Source of the DNA: a virus
Virus genome (UHGV): UHGV-0330108
Length of the DNA: 42,810 nt
Direction: 5' to 3' (one strand)
Below the pieces are notes generated by a model. It was not told the origin of the DNA. It searched no databases and saw nothing but the letters and a program-made list of their open reading frames with translations. Every line of letters begins with the position of its first letter. Position 1 is the stretch's first letter. A program made the translations under genes and the position numbers. This document shows, in pieces, positions 41,393-42,810 of this stretch.

Positions 41393-41855
41393 TGGATTGC
41401 ATTTTACCGCCGCGTTCGAGGGATTCCGCGGAACTGCGTACCGCGCGACGCCGAACGAGAAGTATCTGACCATCGGCTACGGAAGCTATGGTCCGCACGT
41501 TAAGACGGGCCAGACCATCACCCCGGGGCAGGGCCTCCTGTTACTGAATCGCGATATGGCTAAAGCCGTAGCTGCGGTTGACGCAGCAGCTCACCATTCA
41601 CTGACACAGGCACAGTTCGACGCCATGTGTGACCTTGTATACAACGCGGGGGCTGGTGTGATTGCCGCTACTACCGGTACGGGCAAGGCGCTGCGTTCTG
41701 GTGATATCGCGACGCTGCGGGCTAAGCTGACGCTGTTCATCAACCAGAACGGCAAACCGTTACTCGGCCTGCGTCGCCGCACGGCTGGACGGCTGGCGCT
41801 GTTCGATGGTAAACCGTGGCAGGAGGCAGAGGTTATTGGGAGGGCTGTTAAGTGA
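41370..41855 (+). CDS. endolysin (phage lysozyme, GH24-like)
   Basis: ORF track frame 41319-41855; GTG at 41370 with GGAGGA 7 nt upstream; motifs ISDNGLHFTAAFEGFRGTAY...TIGYG and C-terminal GLRRRTAGRLALF. Confidence 0.85.
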   Translation: MSRNISDNGLHFTAAFEGFRGTAYRATPNEKYLTIGYGSYGPHVKTGQTITPGQGLLLLNRDMAKAVAAVDAAAHHSLTQAQFDAMCDLVYNAGAGVIAATTGTGKALRSGDIATLRAKLTLFINQNGKPLLGLRRRTAGRLALFDGKPWQEAEVIGRAVK

Positions 41856-41944
41856 CAGAGTTTGACTTCATTCTGTTGTCTATAGGCGCTGGTGCGGTAG
41901 TTGGCGTGATTTGGGGTATGATTGGCGGGAGTAGTAAAGGTTGA
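41852..41944 (+). CDS. small membrane peptide (30 aa) coupled to the endolysin
   Basis: Not in the ORF track; GTG overlaps the endolysin stop; GGGAGGG 7 nt upstream; hydrophobic. Confidence 0.3.
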   Translation: MTEFDFILLSIGAGAVVGVIWGMIGGSSKG

Positions 41945-42010
41945 CACCTAAGACTAATCCGACGATACTTAAATCACCTCCTGCTCCATCCCTCTGCTCT
42001 CCAGTTTTAT

Positions 42011-42042
42011 CCCGGCCCTGACCCAGCCGGGATTTTTTTTTT
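42011..42042 (+). terminator. rho-independent terminator after the lysis cassette
   Basis: CCCGGC-CCTGACCCA-GCCGGG followed by a T10 run. Confidence 0.7.
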
Positions 42043-42064
42043 ATCTATTTTCTGTAATGACTAG

Positions 42065-42093
42065 TTGACTATTACCTACGACCCTACTATATT
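42065..42093 (+). promoter_or_regulatory. putative sigma70-like promoter (TTGACT-N17-TATATT)
   Basis: Good hexamers and spacing ~35 nt upstream of the 42127 gene. Confidence 0.5.
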
Positions 42094-42126
42094 TACTCCA
42101 TCGACAACGAGAACGGAGTAGAGAAG

Positions 42127-42339
42127 ATGAAATTATATTTGGTAGAAGCAGACTGGTGTTACTATGACCAATACGATTCTTTTGTGGTATGGGCTAAGTC
42201 GCCGGATGAAGCCTTGAGCCTGGTTCGCGCTAAGGATGACCCAACAACCATGAATAACTTCAACGATAACGTAAAAGTTACCGAAATCAAGAAACCAAAA
42301 GAAAGTGGCATCGTACTTGGCTCATTCAACGCGGGATAA
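42127..42339 (+). CDS. hypothetical protein (70 aa)
   Basis: ORF track; GGAG upstream. Confidence 0.5.
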   Translation: MKLYLVEADWCYYDQYDSFVVWAKSPDEALSLVRAKDDPTTMNNFNDNVKVTEIKKPKESGIVLGSFNAG

Positions 42340-42344
42340 TAAAG

Positions 42345-42494
42345 ATGAAAATCACAGATATCGAAGCATTCGAAGACGCACAACTGATGGCACGCATCGC
42401 CGTCAATAACATGAGCAGCAATATCCCGGCTGACGCGTTCTGGTCCGCTGCGATGCAGGCGCTGAAAGCAGCTTACGCAGGAGAGAAGAAATGA
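42345..42494 (+). CDS. hypothetical small protein (49 aa)
   Basis: Not in the ORF track; weak RBS; stop overlaps the next ATG (ATGA); ends AGEKK like its neighbour. Confidence 0.35.
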   Translation: MKITDIEAFEDAQLMARIAVNNMSSNIPADAFWSAAMQALKAAYAGEKK

Positions 42495-42700
42495 GCGACG
42501 TTATCGTTGGCGGCATCTATAGGAGTAATTACTCGTGGGGCGATGCTGGTGAAGTTAGTTTCATTGTAACTGCGGTTGGGTTGGACCATATACTTATCGC
42601 CGACTACCCATTGATAAAATTCAATGAATCCTATTTGGAATATTGTGTTGGTAGAAAGGAGTTCGAGGCTAAATTTAAGTTTGCAGGAGAGAAGAAATGA
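42491..42700 (+). CDS. hypothetical protein (69 aa)
   Basis: ORF track; preceded by the junction 23-mer GCAGGAGAGAAGAAATGAGCGA. Confidence 0.5.
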   Translation: MSDVIVGGIYRSNYSWGDAGEVSFIVTAVGLDHILIADYPLIKFNESYLEYCVGRKEFEAKFKFAGEKK

Positions 42701-42810
42701 GCGAACAAGGTCCAGTAAGCCAACCGTTACGAGTAGGCCGTAAAGTCAGTCACACCCCGTTCCCGTCACGCGAGGAACTGATGAAACGTAACAGTTTCCC
42801 GGGGCCGGAC
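42697..42810 (+). CDS. 5' part of a CDS truncated by the window end (hypothetical protein)
   Basis: ATG at 42697 inside the second copy of the junction 23-mer; frame is open to the last base of the window. Confidence 0.4.
   Translation, partial: MSEQGPVSQPLRVGRKVSHTPFPSREELMKRNSFPGPD

Noticed and set aside
1-42810. CRISPR arrays, integrase or attachment-site signatures
   Set aside because: No tandem arrays of short direct repeats with unique spacers and no tyrosine or serine recombinase-like ORF were seen; the repeats found are gene-junction or terminator cassettes.

Overview
The window reads as an almost complete, possibly complete and circularly permuted, ~42.8 kb genome of a tailed dsDNA phage of an enterobacterial host. 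Everything below is read from the sequence and ORF track by eye; no homology search or folding was run, so product names rest on recognisable motifs and gene order, and self-derived coordinates for short motifs may be off by 1-3 nt. Plus strand: a block of small early-type genes (37046-40743), a lysis cassette (holin, second membrane protein, GH24-type endolysin, 40819-41944), a terminator, then small genes that run across the window edge into the late operon (small and large terminase, portal, Mu F-like head protein, scaffold, major capsid, head-tail connectors, major tail protein, chaperone with putative -1 frameshift, tape measure, M/L/K/J-like tail tip proteins, beta-helix tailspike ending at 25238). 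Minus strand: a replication/recombination arm (25272-36542) with SNF2-type helicase, VRR-NUC nuclease, family A DNA polymerase, gp2.5-like putative SSB, Cas4/RecB-like exonuclease and primase-helicase. No integrase is seen; one Cro/CI-size XRE regulator sits in its own promoter-terminator cassette. The most notable signals are (i) a 16-bp palindrome (T/G)AATAG-N4-CTATT(C/A) embedded in at least eight promoter-like sites, (ii) a minus-strand accessory island (HNH-AP2 endonuclease, HTH-metallophosphoesterase, small membrane protein) inserted in the tail module and driven by a 23-mer that recurs identically elsewhere, (iii) an overlapping spanin pair located far from the holin-endolysin cassette, (iv) several near-identical gene-junction repeats and terminator cassettes indicating modular recombination, and (v) a shared C-terminal (E/L)EDLE tail on three replication-arm proteins. 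A tentative placement near Jersey/K1G-like (Guernseyvirinae-type) siphoviruses is inference from gene content only.
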